In this document: positions 1-14,184 of the stretch, piece after piece
How the letters are laid out: each line of letters opens with the position of its first letter
Position numbering within the stretch: position 1 is the first letter of the stretch
NCBI GenBank assembly: GCA_964252035.1
Contig: OZ176212.1
DNA: 64,000 bases
Source of the DNA: Podarcis erhardii
Lineage: Eukaryota
Direction: 5' to 3' (one strand)
Notes under the pieces: generated by a model
The model's input: the letters and a program-made list of their open reading frames with translations, nothing else
The model's database searches: none
What the model was told of the DNA's origin: nothing
Made by a program: the position numbers and the translations under genes

Positions 1-77
1 TGAACAGTGTGGAAGGTTCTTTTGAATCAACAGCTAAACGATTACTTAATATATTGTACTTTCATTTCAAATTGCAG

Positions 78-343
78 GTGAACCGGTAAAGTCTGGAGAT
101 AGGAGTGGCTACAGCAGCCCTGGATCTCCAGGAACTCCTGGCAGTCGCTCCCGCACACCCTCCCTGCCAACTCCACCAAACAGGGAGCCCAAGAAGGTGG
201 CGGTGGTTCGCACCCCGCCAAAATCCCCTTCTTCTGTCAAGAGCCGCTTGCAGACAGCCCCTGTCCCCATGCCAGACCTGAAGAATATAAAGTCCAAGAT
301 TGGTTCCACTGAAAATTTGAAGCATCAGCCAGGGGGTGGAAAG
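78..343 (+). CDS. MAPT: Tau exon 9 (proline-rich region + repeat R1)
   Basis: ttgcag|GT GAA... to ...GGA AAG|gtaaat, 266 nt. Translates [89 protein letters not shown]. Confidence 0.98.
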
Positions 344-3300
344 GTAAATCCAATGCACCTTGTCTTTATGTGTGGGCAAATGAAATACAAGTTTGGAGTT
401 AGATGGAAGTTACCTACCTTCTGTTGGTCCCCTTCTCAACTTATATTGCATTCTGACCCTTGCAGCGGCAGCCATCTCTTCAATATGTGAGTCCCCTGAA
501 TCTTTACACACAGATGTCTCTGTGTAGCCCACAACTTTGTATAAAGATCTTTTGACTGGGGCACAAACCCAGCAGTAGCATTACAAGAAAACTGAAACAG
601 CATCTCAAACTTCCTCCTGAAACTAGCCAGGAGGCAGGATGGAAAGTAGCTCCTGTGGCCAGGCACTCTATAAATGCCCCGGCTGCCACTTTGAGACTTC
701 CATGGGCAGCACTGTAATTTCAGTTGCTTCAAAACTAAATTTCTGCTGCTGGGAATAAAAGGCCTATGACAGTGCCTACTGTGTTATCTTCTCCCTCTCT
801 AGAACTCTGTCTTCTGTCCCAGATATCTTGCACTTCCCTGAGGGCCTTTTCTGTAGTTTGAGAACCACTGTACTACAAAGTAGTGAATGGGCTCAATCTT
901 CTCCATTCCATGTTACATTACTTGCCAAAGTTCTGTTTTCTGGTTCCAACCTCACCATATCTCTGTTCAGAAAGAAGACGTTTCATCTTTCAGATCACCC
1001 TGTGCTCAAAGTGCATTTGTACAAACTAAGTAAGGGTTAGAAAGCACATGGAATCTGAGCAGATAGAGCAAATGGAGTATGTATGGAACACACTTACCAA
1101 GATTGGAGCTGGGGTGACATGTATTTAAAAGTCATATAGAATCACTGACTCACAGTGGTGAGGAAAAGTGCTATGTGCATGGTTAGATACAGCTGTGCTG
1201 TACCCAACCAACATGTGAAAGGAGAATAGACATGGTATACACACGTCACTTGGCAAATTCTTAAGCTAGGTTTATCTATGTCGACAACTTTCACTGCTAG
1301 AACACCTGCTGTGTTTGGAAGAGGCTTGTGCAGGGGGCTGAGAGACAATCTTCCTTCAGCCCAGGGGTGAAGAACCTTTTTTAGCTTGAGGATAACATTC
1401 CTTTCTGGGCCACATATCAGTGATAATCAGGGCCAGAGGCAAAAGTGAGCAGAGCAATGCATTTAAATGTTACCTTTGTGCAGGAGACTAGTTTTTATAC
1501 ACACTATCCTCCATCTAGGTAAGAAAGAGGCATTATCAATGGCCTTGGTGCCATGCAGGCCTTCCATCAGCTTTGGCGGGTGGCTCAGCTACGCCCTTAT
1601 CTGGACAAGGATAGCCTAACTTCTGATAACTTCTAGGGTTCCTGCAATGTGTTATATGTGGGGTTGCCTTTGGAAGCTGCAGCTGATTCAGCCAGATTGC
1701 TGATTGGAGGAAGATGGACTTAGCTCATTACACCAATTCTGACATGACTTCATTGGCCACCAATAAATTTCCCTGCTCAATTCAAAATGCTAATCTTGGC
1801 TGCTTCACTCCTCTCCCCAAGCACTGGGGAGAAAGAGACCGCAATCCTTGCCTTAGGAACTGACACCATTAGGCCCATACCTGGAGATTTCTGAGTTTGA
1901 ACTGGGGACCTTGTGCATGCAAAGCAGATGATCTGTCACTGATCTGTGGCCCTTCTCCTACATGAAGGCATGTTGGGGGCTAATGTGGGGAAGATAGTTG
2001 TATTATTCTCCCTTCTTCTAAAGGACAAATATCTTTCAGCAAAACTATAAGGCTTCTTTATCAATAGCCACACTCACTAGTTCCATTCTCTTGCATAGAG
2101 ATGTTACAGAAAGGAAGGAAGAAAGTAAAGTGACATGGAATTAGGCCCACAGAAGGGCACAGAATCTGAAGCCACGTCTTCAGTTTGCTGCAGTACTGTG
2201 TTGCTGATAAGTAATTTCTATCTAGTTGTGGGCTTCTTCTAGTGCTACTACAATATATAGTCATTCTTTGAAGGGTTGCTCTAAACTAAAGGGCTGGATT
2301 ATTATGAGGCTGCTGCAGCCCAGGGTAATTTAGGGATCTATGGTTTGTCCCATTCCCTGTACTGATGCAACAATTGCCAGACCTAAATATTCTGTATCTG
2401 CAAAACAATATGAGTAGTCTGTAGCTAAGGGACGTTCTTAGCTTACTGGTCATAGCTTGCTTGTCTTTATGACCTGCCTTGAAATTGTTAATTAATGTAT
2501 GACTGTTAGGGGTTGGTGGTTTTATTTGGCTTTATCTTAATGTTGTTTTAACCTGCCCTGGGGCTTTATGGTGAAGGGTGAATAAGAAATACAGTAAGTA
2601 GATAGAGTGGTAACCATTATTGCAAATGTAAACACCACCCACAAATTACCCAGATTACTTGACTGGGTGCTCAGCATCAGGTTTTTAGAGTGTGCTTTTT
2701 TCACTTACTTTTTACAGAGGAGCAACATAATGTCATCAAATCTTGTAACTCTTGTGTTTCCACCGTCTTTCCTCAGACTATGGAAAATCCAGCAAGTGTA
2801 AATCACCTTAGCATTATTCTTGTCATATTTTTTTAAGGTATGGTTTTGATGTTTGCAATGTTGTATTAGGCAGGCAGGCCTGTCTGTCTGCATCTGTACT
2901 TTGGTACACTTCATTATTACCTTTTTGATAGGAGTCATTGATGGGTGGGGATCTCTTTTTAAATTAGCACTGTTTCTCCTTTATTTTTTTTAAAAAATTA
3001 GCATAATAGTGCTTCAACTTAAAATGGGTTTTAATGCAACTTAAAAAAAATGTTTTTAAAAACATGCATGTTATTTGAATATTTGTATTTAGTGCCATTT
3101 TATCACTATTGGTCACTGCCCCCATGCTCACTTTAAAATATTTTTGTTCTAGTTTTAAGCATTATTTTTTTACAATAATTATGTAATACTGTTGAAATTT
3201 TAAAAGCACTGAAGCACAGTTTTTAAAAATGGTATTAGAATTGATTTAGAATGGCTTGTTGTGTTAAATATTTGCTTCTCCAGCTACATGTCTATGCCAT

Positions 3301-3397
3301 GCCCACTTGTGTAGACAGGACATAATGGGAGATAAACACACAGAAAGTACTAAATTCCCTGATGTGTGGAAACTCTGTTGCAGTTCTGAATGAGGCT

Positions 3398-3400
<3 letters not shown>

Positions 3401-3431
<31 letters not shown>
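3401..3431. repeat. (GA)n microsatellite
   Basis: Seen directly. Confidence 0.95.
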
Positions 3432-3433
<2 letters not shown>

Positions 3434-4032
3434 AACAGTTGAGTTCAGGTGCTTTCAGATTGACAACCCTTTTTAAAGTCTGGTGAAAGTTTGACGTGCT
3501 TCCAAATATAATGGTTATTCTGTGGTGCTAGCAACAACTAGGAGGTGAATATGATTATCCTACCAGCATTTACCACCCCAATGAACATAGCAGATCAGAG
3601 AGCCATTAACTGCATTTATTATATACCACCCTTAACAGTAATTAGCCCTGGCTCTCCAACCAATAAGCAAATATAGTTGCTTTTGTTTTACTTTATATTG
3701 TTCATATACACATTTTGTTGCAGTCCTGTGGTGGGACAAATATCTCTGTGTTAGAAATGGGGCAGCCTATGTCATGATTTTGTTTTGTTTTTGTTTGTTC
3801 TTTTAATCACTGCACTAATTTCAGGCCTGACTGTAGGACGTTTGCCACTGCGTAAGCTGAAATTTGAAGCTTCATCTTCAAAGCAAGGAACTGGCATTTA
3901 TCCCAAGGGAAAATCCCTTGCTTCTTTCTTTGTCTTAGATGACTGGTACAAAATGCAAAAGATATCTCTACTCGAAAGGATAATTGTGGATGGCAGCGGT
4001 TGTCACTCATATTCTTTTTCTGGCTATCAAAG

Positions 4033-4125
4033 GTGCAGGTGGTTAATAAGAAGCTGAACTTTAGCCATGTCCAATCCAGGTGTGGATCAAAGGATAATAT
4101 CAAACATACCCCAGGAGGAGGCAGT
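4033..4125 (+). CDS. MAPT: Tau exon 10 (repeat R2; 3R/4R cassette exon)
   Basis: tggctatcaaag|GTG CAG... to ...GGC AGT|gtgagtaccttcacac, 93 nt. Translates [31 protein letters not shown]. Confidence 0.97.
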
Positions 4126-4141
4126 GTGAGTACCTTCACAC
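4124..4141 (+). promoter_or_regulatory. MAPT: Tau exon 10 / intron 10 splice-regulatory stem-loop
   Basis: GTGTGA-gtacct-TCACAC spans the donor site, giving a 6-bp stem with a 6-nt loop. Confidence 0.85.
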
Positions 4142-5387
4142 CATTCAATGCACTATAATAATCTAACTTATTATAAGTGGCATGACTTTTGCATTAACCC
4201 TGAAACACCAATGCTGTCTGCACAGTCAGATAGCTATTGATGATGTGTAGTGAATTAACCTGTTACCAGTGAAAATATGGCTTGATTAAAGCTCCAGCAG
4301 AGTTAGCTGTATGGGGATGTGCACTGAGCTAATTGGGTATTGAATTGGAGGCAATATTATTTAAGTGGCTGCCTTCTCAATACATAGTGTTCAAATTACC
4401 CCAGAAATTATCCTTTCTGACTCAGATGGTATATGGAAAATGAAGATGCAGAGTGTATTGCAAATGGAAAGCTGATTAAAAATGTGGTGTGTTCATGGAC
4501 ACATATAATCAGCATTAAAAAAAATCCAAATTCTTCATCAAGGAAGCACATGTTCCTTGTTTCCTCAAAATAAAATATGCAAATTAGATAAAATAATGAA
4601 TCATGTCCCTTAGGCTTACTTTGCAGAATTTATTTTGCTTCCATGATATGAGTTTTCAGGGAAATTTTATTATTTTTAGTGAGGATTTTGGGAGCAGAGG
4701 GAAAGGCAGAAAAGGAAAGTGTTTAGTGTTCTGTATATAGTAGAATTGAGGGGGTAGGGGAGAATGGTATATATAGGATACAGGAGGGTCTTGCAACAAA
4801 ATGTTGCAGGTTATTATTACCTAATAGGAATTCTCTTGTCCAGATTTCCAGCCATGATGCTTTCCTCCAAAACAGTATAAGCTGTTAGGGGCTCAAGCAA
4901 GCCAATTCACTCTTCCCCTGCACTTTGTGATTTTTTGTTTTTACAACTGATATGCAATGTTCAATAGGTTCTGGTGAACCTAACATACTTGGTGCTTACT
5001 GTTCCAATTGGGTGGGGTGCTATCCCTCTTGGTTAGAAAAATGGTTTTCTTTTGTACTTCTATGAACTTCAGGATTCTCTTAAGCAGACTGGTACCTCTT
5101 TGTTGTCTCTCAGTGGCCCTCTTCTTCTGGCTCCATTTCTAAGTTTGCTATTAGAAGGAGGGAAAATTGAGAGTAAGCACATGACACACAAGCTCTGTCT
5201 GCTGATCACTGGCACACCAGCCCAGCCCAACTCTGGTTTCTAAGCATTCCTCTGCAAACAAGAAGAAAAATGCCTTTCTAAAGGCTGAGTTTTGAAGGTG
5301 CTGGAATTTGAGCTTCCAGGTCAAACATTTAGGCACATGTAATACAGTCATGTGCTTGACACAGACAAATCAAAGAATATGTCATGC

Positions 5388-5975
5388 AATCATAGAGTTG
5401 AGACCCTGAGAGTCATCTAGTCCAACCCCCGGCAATGCAAGAATTTCAGCTAAAGCATCCATGACAGATGACCATCCAGCCTCTGCTTTAAAACTTCCAA
5501 GGAAGGTCCACCACCTTCCCAGGGAGTCTGTTCCACGGTTGAACATCCCTAACCATAATAAAGTTCTCCCTGGTGTCTAGTTAGAAACTCCTTTCTTGTG
5601 ACTTGAAGATATTGGTTCAGGTCCTACCCTCCGAAGCAGGAGAAAAGAAGCTTGCTCCGTCTTCCATGTGACAGCCCTTTAGATATTTGAAAATGGCTAG
5701 CATCTCTCCTCCCAGTCTCCTTTTTTCCAGGCTAAGATCTCTAAATCCTTTTCATACGTACTATGAAGCCAAGTGTCTCCCATTTTATATCTGTGCAGCT
5801 GTTTCTTCCTGCCTGTGTAGAGCCTTACATTTGTCCCTATTGAAATTCATTTTGTTAGTCTGGGCCCAGTTCTCCAATCTGTTAAGGTCATCTTGAATCC
5901 CAATTGTCTTCTGTAGCATTAGCTACCCATCACAGTTTTGTGTCATCTGCAAATCAGATGAGCATCCTCTCAATT
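5388..5975 (-). mobile_element. CR1-type LINE 3' fragment (degenerate, internal deletion)
   Basis: Starts with the reverse-complemented CR1-like tail catagagttg...gtcatctagtccaacccc and continues into typical RT-coding remnants (ttgtgtcatctgcaaat). Confidence 0.75.
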
Positions 5976-8900
5976 AATGTCACCCGGTATGTTTTTCAAA
6001 ACAATAAGGAATATGTACAAGGCTTACAGCCTGTGTTCAGAACAAGTTCCACATACTTTCACAAGTGTACATAACGTGCTCAAATTAGTTTGGTGTATTA
6101 GTTTGCCTTGTTTAAACAATTTGACTCTTTTGACTTGGTGTTGGTATGACTGTATCCTACCACATTCCTTATGTTGATGTTTCCATGTTGTTTTGTCAGC
6201 CAAGATAATTGTGGGACATATCAGAACAGCAGGGTTTATTTTATGCACTAGTCTGCAGTGGATACATTTCATCTTGAGCTAGCTTTTATAAACAAATTTA
6301 TATTTTAAAAAGAAAACCTGAAAAGCTTTCAAGGGCTATAGCTCCATTCAAGAGTAGTAAGGAACACATTATGCGTTGCACTTAGGCCAGCTTGCTGTTG
6401 TACTGCTTAATGTACCTATCTGTAGGTGCCCTATAAGTTAGGAAGGCTTTTTAGCAAAGTTGGCCATCTCCAAATAAGTTTGCACATCAGAATTGTTTGT
6501 ACGGTTTGTGAATATTGCAAAGAGTAGCTGGGTAAGAAAAGGAGTGCACAGAGGGCTTAGATGAAGGCAGATGTTGCATGGGCACTTGTACTTGGAGACT
6601 GGATTTCCACATTACATAAGGAACCTGCAAGAGTACCGGTATATTATGCTTTTAATGTTGGCATTCCCAATTTTTTTCTGCCATTTCTTTTATAAATCAT
6701 GCTTAGAGGAAGCCATGATGTATTTTCATTGCAGATTAAAAAATCCTTTTTGCCTTTTTCAAATTTGGAGGAAGATATTTCAGTAACTAGCATTTGGAAG
6801 AGGAAAGAACATTGCAACAGCACTGCTATTTGTATGGTCAATTCTAGCTTAGTCGTGTTCATTAATTTCAGTGGATCTACTCTGAGTAAAGCTTAGTTGA
6901 ATAACCCCCTAGTGTTCAAGCACAGGAACTAGTGCTTAGTGCTTTTATTCTAAGCCATCTGTTCAGTGCTCTGTGGGCATTTGCTGTGCTGTGTGAAGCT
7001 GATGAGAGCTATAGTCCGAGGCTACCACACCCTGCACAATAAAGTGTATTTATTATTTTACTTATCTTAATTTTTGTAAACCTCATTGTAATTTAAAATG
7101 AATGTATATAAACTCACCTAGTGATGGAGGTTTATGTGAGCTTTGGCTAAATTTGCAATATCCCAAAGCAAAACCAAAAAGTGTTCTTAAGTAGGGGAAA
7201 GTTTTCTTCAGTGTCAATCTGAAAAAAAAGACACCTGACATATGAGATAGTAAACACCAAAATAGTACTGCAATACACCATCCTGGGGGTTGGTGTCAAA
7301 GGCAATGGAATGGCGTTCTTGTTCTATTTTTAGAGCCAGAGAGCAAAGACTTATTTGTTTACAAAACATGGACAAATTGGATCACCCCAGGAAAAGCCTA
7401 GGCTGCTCCCCTTTTATTGAAAATGCTTCTTTGGGATTTATGTGAGAAGTCCATGTGATTTATTTGGAGCAATTCAGACATTACAAAGACACTTGGATCT
7501 TGAAAAGTTTTAGATCTGATTCACAGTGATTAATAGGTTTATAGGTATCATTACTTCCCTGTGCTATGATACTGGGCGTGGATTCTGTGCAAAACAATTA
7601 CTGCATTTCTATCTAGTACACATTAAGTCTAACCTATTGACCTTGGCAGGCAAGATGGAAATGTGCTCTCAGATGAAGACAGTTTGCCTAGCAAAATACA
7701 GAGTTGAGCTGACTTCTATACCAAATATAAGCAGATTTTTACTGATCTATGCTTAAGATGTGCTGAACTAGGAAGACAGGATGCACGCTTTGTGACAAGG
7801 TTGAGTTGAAGAGCCTCCTGAGATGTATATGCAAGAAGGGTCTACTATAGAACAAAGGCAGAGAAAACAGGTGCCTGTTTGTGTGGTCTCTCCTGATACT
7901 TTTTCCTATCTATTTCCCCACCCTGTACCTTATATATGTGTTCATTCTAGCACTAAGCTACACAACACAAATTCCTGATTTCCCACTGGGTGCTTTTCAT
8001 CCTGTGCTCAACAATGCATATCAAAATGTCTCTCCTTCTGTCACAGCTTTCACCAAATGCAAACAGATTAAAAAATACGATAAGAGAAAGATGTTTACAG
8101 AGGAATCTTTGAGATGTTCAGGATAGTTTAGACTCATCTTTAAAAAGATTGGTGGGATCCCAGATCTCAGGATGGTTGGAAGACCTTTCAGGACAGCCTG
8201 CTCCAGGAAACTGATGGATCCTAAATGATTTTTTGATGGCTTTTGGGAAGAGTTTCATTTCACCCAAACTGGGCAATCCTGCTGAAGGCCTCATGGGGCT
8301 AGGGGCTGGATTCACCCAAAGTGCCCTTCCTCAATTTGGGGAGCTGAGCTAGCCTCTTCAATTGTGAAGTTGGAAGGAGTGAACCAATGGGGTGACTAGT
8401 AAAGTGGTAGTAATAGTAGACTTAATCTGATCAACAGATTAGATACTGTACTATAGACTATTAGTGTGCCTAGTACAGTCTACTCTGTGGCCACACTATT
8501 CCATCATTATTTTGCCAACTGTTCCGGCACTTTATCGCAGTCAAAGGGCTGTTAAATCTTGATTCTTCTACAGATAGGAGGCAACTTGGTAGCTGGCTGT
8601 GACCAATATTCTGGACCCTTTGTGGGCAGAAATGTTTTTACCCATTCTGACTTAGATCCTACAGTTAAGGCAGAGTCAACAGAGGAATTTTGGTATCTGC
8701 TTGTTTTGAATACTTTCCCATTTGTACAGCCTTTGGATGTGGACATGATTATTTTTTTTAATCTCCTCTTTGTTTTATGTTGGTTTTAATGTATGTGTCA
8801 TATATTGTTGTAAGTTGTTTTGAGTTTTGTTAAAAAAGAAAAAAAGCCATTAATAAGATACATAGAATTGGAGAACTGAGGCCAAGCCCTTGTATGCTTC

Positions 8901-11019
8901 ATCTTTGGCCTTCTTCACTAACAAGAGGTTATAGAGGGGAACTTTTGAATTGCATGATGGGAGTGGTAAAAGCCTCCTGCAGGTAGGTGTGGTCCCAGAA
9001 AACTTAAAAAGAGGTGTTGGCTGGGAGGAAGAAAGCACCTCTGGAAACCTTACCTTTAATCCCCAGTTTACTGGAGATTTCCCATTTGAACTCCAGTGGT
9101 TTTTTTTGAACAAGATGGCTTCTCAGTTCCAGGATATTCTGGATGTAGGTGAGAATCCAGAAACGATTATAACGGTTCCGAGTAGCCTTTCCAAGCATAA
9201 CATGGAAAGGGCCACTGAGAATTGAGACCTCTAAAATACTGGTTTGGATGACTGGAAGCAGGATGAAAATGCCTAGTGAACAGCTGTAAGTTCAAGTTCA
9301 GGGGCCTGGAAGAGGTACCACCATCAGATAAAACAATGCTTGTTGTCTGAGAGGCTTACCCTGCAACCTGTTCAGCCATTGCAGGTTGCAGTTCTAAATG
9401 CTGAACATTCATTTGCCTGGTGGCTGAGAGGATGACAGGCACTTTGACATCGAGTCTGATTTTCAGCAAACTGCACAAGGATAAACTAGGAAGATACTGC
9501 CCCACCTACAGCCCACAAGAAACCCTGAATACCATTTGCCTCTAGTCAGATTGTATTCCTTCCCACAATGTCATTAATGCTTGTAACCCAATAACCACTA
9601 ATTCAATTTTATCTGTACCTTTTGTGCATGTTGTACACTTGCTAGCTTGTGTATGCCATTCAAAGGTTCAGAAATGCTTTGTTTAAATACCTTAGTATTC
9701 ATCTCCCTGTACTGCATAGATCACTATTTAAGCGAAATGGTTCAATGTGTCACAATTGTGCTGTGATTGTAATTATTTTTTAATAGAACATTCAAAGCAA
9801 GGAATATTACACATCCAAATTCTGTGATGGTATTCATCATATCCAAATGAAGCTCTGAAAATTCAGTGCATATTTTTGAGGGCTGGGTAGACATAAGCGA
9901 ATTTGATGAAATTTCATCAGAAGTTTCACTCTTGCTGTGAATGCATGCTTTAAGAAAATATTTCTGGAAAAAATGAATCTTTTCCACAGTATGGTTTCAG
10001 TCTCCATGTTGTTTCAGATACCTTTGTTCTGTTGCAACATTTTGAAAACATCCTTTTAGAAAAAAAATCAACCCTCTCAAAGCACATTGACTATTTCTGT
10101 TGTTTCAGTTTTTGTGGACATAAACCTTAAGTTTTACATCAGAAAAAGGTATTTAATTCTGTTTCTGGTTTTTTATATTTTCTCTGTAGCATATCTTATT
10201 TGATTATACCTCTGTCTGCTCACCCCTTTCTCCCTGTCTCACTTAAGCATCTTCCGTTCCCATTGCTTTCCCGCCTCCTTCCTCTGGAGGTGTGATAAAG
10301 AGTTTGTGCATGCTGTGGAAATGCAATAAGGATAATGTTGACTATAGCCACATGTGGTGATCTTGCCGGACATTTTAAATCTTTTTAGATAAAAATGCTT
10401 GCAAGCATAAAATAAACGTCTTTTTCATTACCTTTTGAACAACTGATTATATTCTTAAAGTCTTAAAATATTCGAACAGAAAGGTTAAATATAAATATAT
10501 AGAACACATTTATTATGAATAATTACAGCAATTGGAATCTCATCTAACTTAAAATGAAAATGAATTCCTAAAGTTGAGACTGTGGAATATACGTATGCTT
10601 AAAATAACAACTATGTTAGAAACAAGGGAAGAGAGAGGTATATTTTTTCTAAAGCTTTTGGACACTCAGGTTACAAAAATATGTCATCCAATCTACTTTT
10701 CCTGTTATATGATGATCCTTGTTACTTTTCTTTGAATTTCATAAAATCAGTCAAAGAAAAAGTATGCATGCCTTTGGCGGGAGATTTTGCTACAACGCGT
10801 GCTTTGACTTCACAGTTTCTGGTGGAAAACTCTCCTTCTGCCTGTGCTTGAATAATTAATCTTTTAGACAGCTTTTCAAACTGCATTTCTTCTCCAGTTG
10901 GGTTCCAGTGTGTCGTCTGTCTCACTTTTTCTGCATATCTTGGGGAGACATTCTTTTTCAAGTTGAAATAAACTCCAGCCCCAAACACTCTGTGCACTTC
11001 TTTAATTTTGTCCTCACAG

Positions 11020-11101
11020 GTACAAATTGTTTACAAGCCAGTGGATCTCAGCCACATAACGTCTAAATGTGGTTCCTTGGACAACATTCATCATAAACCA
11101 G
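11020..11101 (+). CDS. MAPT: Tau exon 11 (repeat R3)
   Basis: cctcacag|GTA CAA ATT GTT TAC AAG... to ...AAA CCA G|gtgatg, 82 nt. Translates [27 protein letters not shown](G). Confidence 0.97.
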
Positions 11102-11321
11102 GTGATGGTGACTATATGTGTTTTTTTTAAAAAACAATAGTTTCTTACTCGACTTCTAAAGGGGGTGGGACCCAATAGCTTTTTTATTCTGCTTTTTTGC
11201 AGACATTGACAAAGGAAAGGGGAAAGGAGGGAAAGAAGGACAATGATAGGTAGAAGAGGAAGTAATTACAACTGCGAAATGAAATAAAGATAGTCTGCAT
11301 CCCATGTAATGCTTGCCTCTA

Positions 11322-11470
11322 CAGTGGTACCTCTAGTTACGTTCACCTCCAGTTACATATCCTTTGGGATACGTGCGCAGCAAACCCAGAAGTATTTTTC
11401 TGGGTTTCGTCGTGCGCAGAAGCAGAAGCAGCTCCGGAACGGATCCCGTGCGCAACCGGAGGTACCATTG
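11322..11470. mobile_element. Tc1/mariner-type MITE
   Basis: TIRs CAGTGGTACCTC / GAGGTACCATTG flanked by TA on both sides. Confidence 0.85.
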
Positions 11471-11665
11471 TACTAAGTTCTGTCTGAGAGAGAGAAATGT
11501 TTGCAAAATATTGGAATTGATGATCTACATGATTTTGTCAGCTATTGGTTCACAGGGTTATTCTAGAAAAGCCTAGATGCATGACCAAGATAACATAGTT
11601 GCATAACTTTTTAGGTTATTATAAACTTAATATATTAATGATTAATGGGTTAGTACTTAATAATA

Positions 11666-12016
11666 GGGACACGGGTGGCGCTGTGGTTTAAACCACAGAG
11701 CCTAGGATTTGCCGATCAGAAGGTTGGCGGTTTGAATCCCCACGACGGGGTGAGCTCCCGTTGCTCGGTCCCTGCTCCTGCCAACCTAGCAGTTTGAAAG
11801 CACACAGTGCAAGTAGATAAATAGGTACCGCTCTGGCGGGAAGGTAAACGGCGTTTCTGTGCGCTCCTCTGGTTCGCCAGAACCTCTTAGTCATGCTGGC
11901 CACATGACCCAGAATCTATACGCCGGCACCCTCGACCAGTAAAGCGAGATGAGCGCCGCAACCCCAGAGTCAGTCACGACTGGACCTAATGGTCAGGGGT
12001 CCCTTTACCTTTACCT
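11666..12016 (+). mobile_element. Sauria SINE, full length
   Basis: tRNA-like head GGGACACGGGTGGCGCTGTGG, tail (CCTTTA)n, 11-bp TSD TACTTAATAAT at 11654-11664 and 12017-12027. Confidence 0.9.
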
Positions 12017-13010
12017 TACTTAATAATTTCATGTGCATGCCTCCAAAAGCCCTCCTACAGCGGCAAACATGTTGGATCAGATCTTTGATCTCTGGAAGCC
12101 CTTCCTAGGCATGGTTCATGGACTTGAGTCCTCTGCCTGTATACATTCTGCTGTAAATTTGCTTTGGGGGGAAAAACGTTGAAGAAATCTGGATGCCACA
12201 ACAGATGCATACAGGCCTATTGGGGGCAACCATCTAACACACACGTTAGTACATACATTTGTGCTCTCTGAGCTATTTTGTCCAACCGGCTGGTACAGAA
12301 GCCAGTTGGCAGCAGGCACAGTCTACCTGCAAATGTAATTGATAAGGCCTTTTGTTGCTTCTTTTGTTCTTATAGATGAAGGCCATGAAAGAGAAAGGGA
12401 GGGAGGGAGAGAAAAGGAGACTCTTTTAAAAGAGTGGGTCTCATCAGACTGTTGATGGTATTTATCACCTTGGTATATTAGGTACATATAAGCTTGCTAG
12501 CATCTAATTTAAAGTACACCCTACAGTGGCATGTTCAACTGTTGCCATTTACTTTCTATACAACTGAGTTGCATAGTCAAGTGAGCAAGCCACATACTGG
12601 TGACAGGTGGCAAACAAAACACCTACCTGACAATATTCCTTCTCTATAGCAGTAGCTTACACACTGAGCACCCACCAAGTTGATCCAAGATAATTTTTTC
12701 TCAAGCTCATCCAACCCAACATCCTCTTCTTTTCTTTTATTTCTTGCCTGCTAGTATTTCATTATTTTTTCACTATTTTGCAATTCAGCTGGCATTATTC
12801 TGGACCAACTGCTTCCACTTCTAATGCTGAAAGGGAGCATGGACATGTAGTAAAACTTGGTCAGTTTTATGAGATCAAAGTATATTTGCAAATTGTGTGG
12901 AACTTGCCTTCTCCTGTGTGAACTTGCTGGGTTTTGTTTTTTGCTTTCTAGGCTGTAGAATTTATTATTTACTTGCGCTAAACTCTGAGGATAACAAGCC
13001 AAATCCATGA

Positions 13011-13229
<219 letters not shown>

Positions 13230-14184
13230 TGAGGGGAAAATCTCATCAAGTTCCCATCAGTCTCTGATGTTGCTGCTTTGAACCTTGTTTTTTAAGTCCC
13301 CTGTTTTCCCCATGCATTTTCTGTATGCTTCTCTAATGCCTACTAAACACCTATTACATTTGCCAGAGTAACAGCAAAGGGGTAATTGCTTAGCATCATT
13401 CTCCACTTTGTTCCAAAAAAGGGAGCTGCCTCAGAGACTATGTGTTACATGCAAAATCACTTATTGGAGCTGTGATGCTGATCTTCCCCTCTCCAAGCTG
13501 AGGTGATTGAGAGCAGAAAAATAGTGTGGGAAGGAGAGTTCAACCCTTTTCCCCACACTGAACACGCCCCTCCCCCCGGAGGTTTAAAGCATGTTTGTAC
13601 ATAACATGTGATTAGTTCCTTAGCAGCTGCCCACAATGATGGCTGAAGTGGGGTAGGACTTGCCCTTCAGAAGAATTCTGTCCTTCCATACTCTCCAAGA
13701 GGCACCTGGGGGTGCGTACAGACATACCTAAAAACAAGGTTGTGGGCTCTGAAAGCATTGCCATCATGTTATTGCCAGACAAACCTGTTGCTGAGTTTGG
13801 AGAAAAGAGAGTTGAAGCAAAAACTGACTGACTGCAGTGTCTTGTGCCGAGCCCTGCTGAATCTAGTCCTGCATTGCATTCCCATAGTGGCCGACCAGGT
13901 GCCTGTGGGAAGCTGCAAGCAGGCCCTGAATACAACCATTCTCCCAACTTGTGATTCCTGGCTAAACTAAATGAGAAAGGGAAGTTGGGTGTTCCCGCTT
14001 GTTAATTGGCAGGTTGGTGGGCAGACTTACTGGTGTGGCGGTCAAGCAAGCACAGTGTGGGGGGTGGGGAGGTGATGCATGCATGGGGCAGCAGCATGTT
14101 ACATCAGAGACCTCCTTCCCTTTTCTCACTCCTAGTTCCTTTTGTCATGCTTTGGTGTTTCCAGCTTTTCTTCAAGTGAGCATA

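Noticed and set aside
344-4032. Saitohin (STH)-like nested gene in MAPT intron 9
   Set aside because: No suitable ORF is present, and STH is known as a primate-restricted ORF.
10210-10360. Pyrimidine tract followed by TGCATG and an NKDNVDYSH-like peptide (possible relic repeat exon)
   Set aside because: No YAG acceptor after the tract and no KXGS or PGGG motif. At most an RBFOX site.
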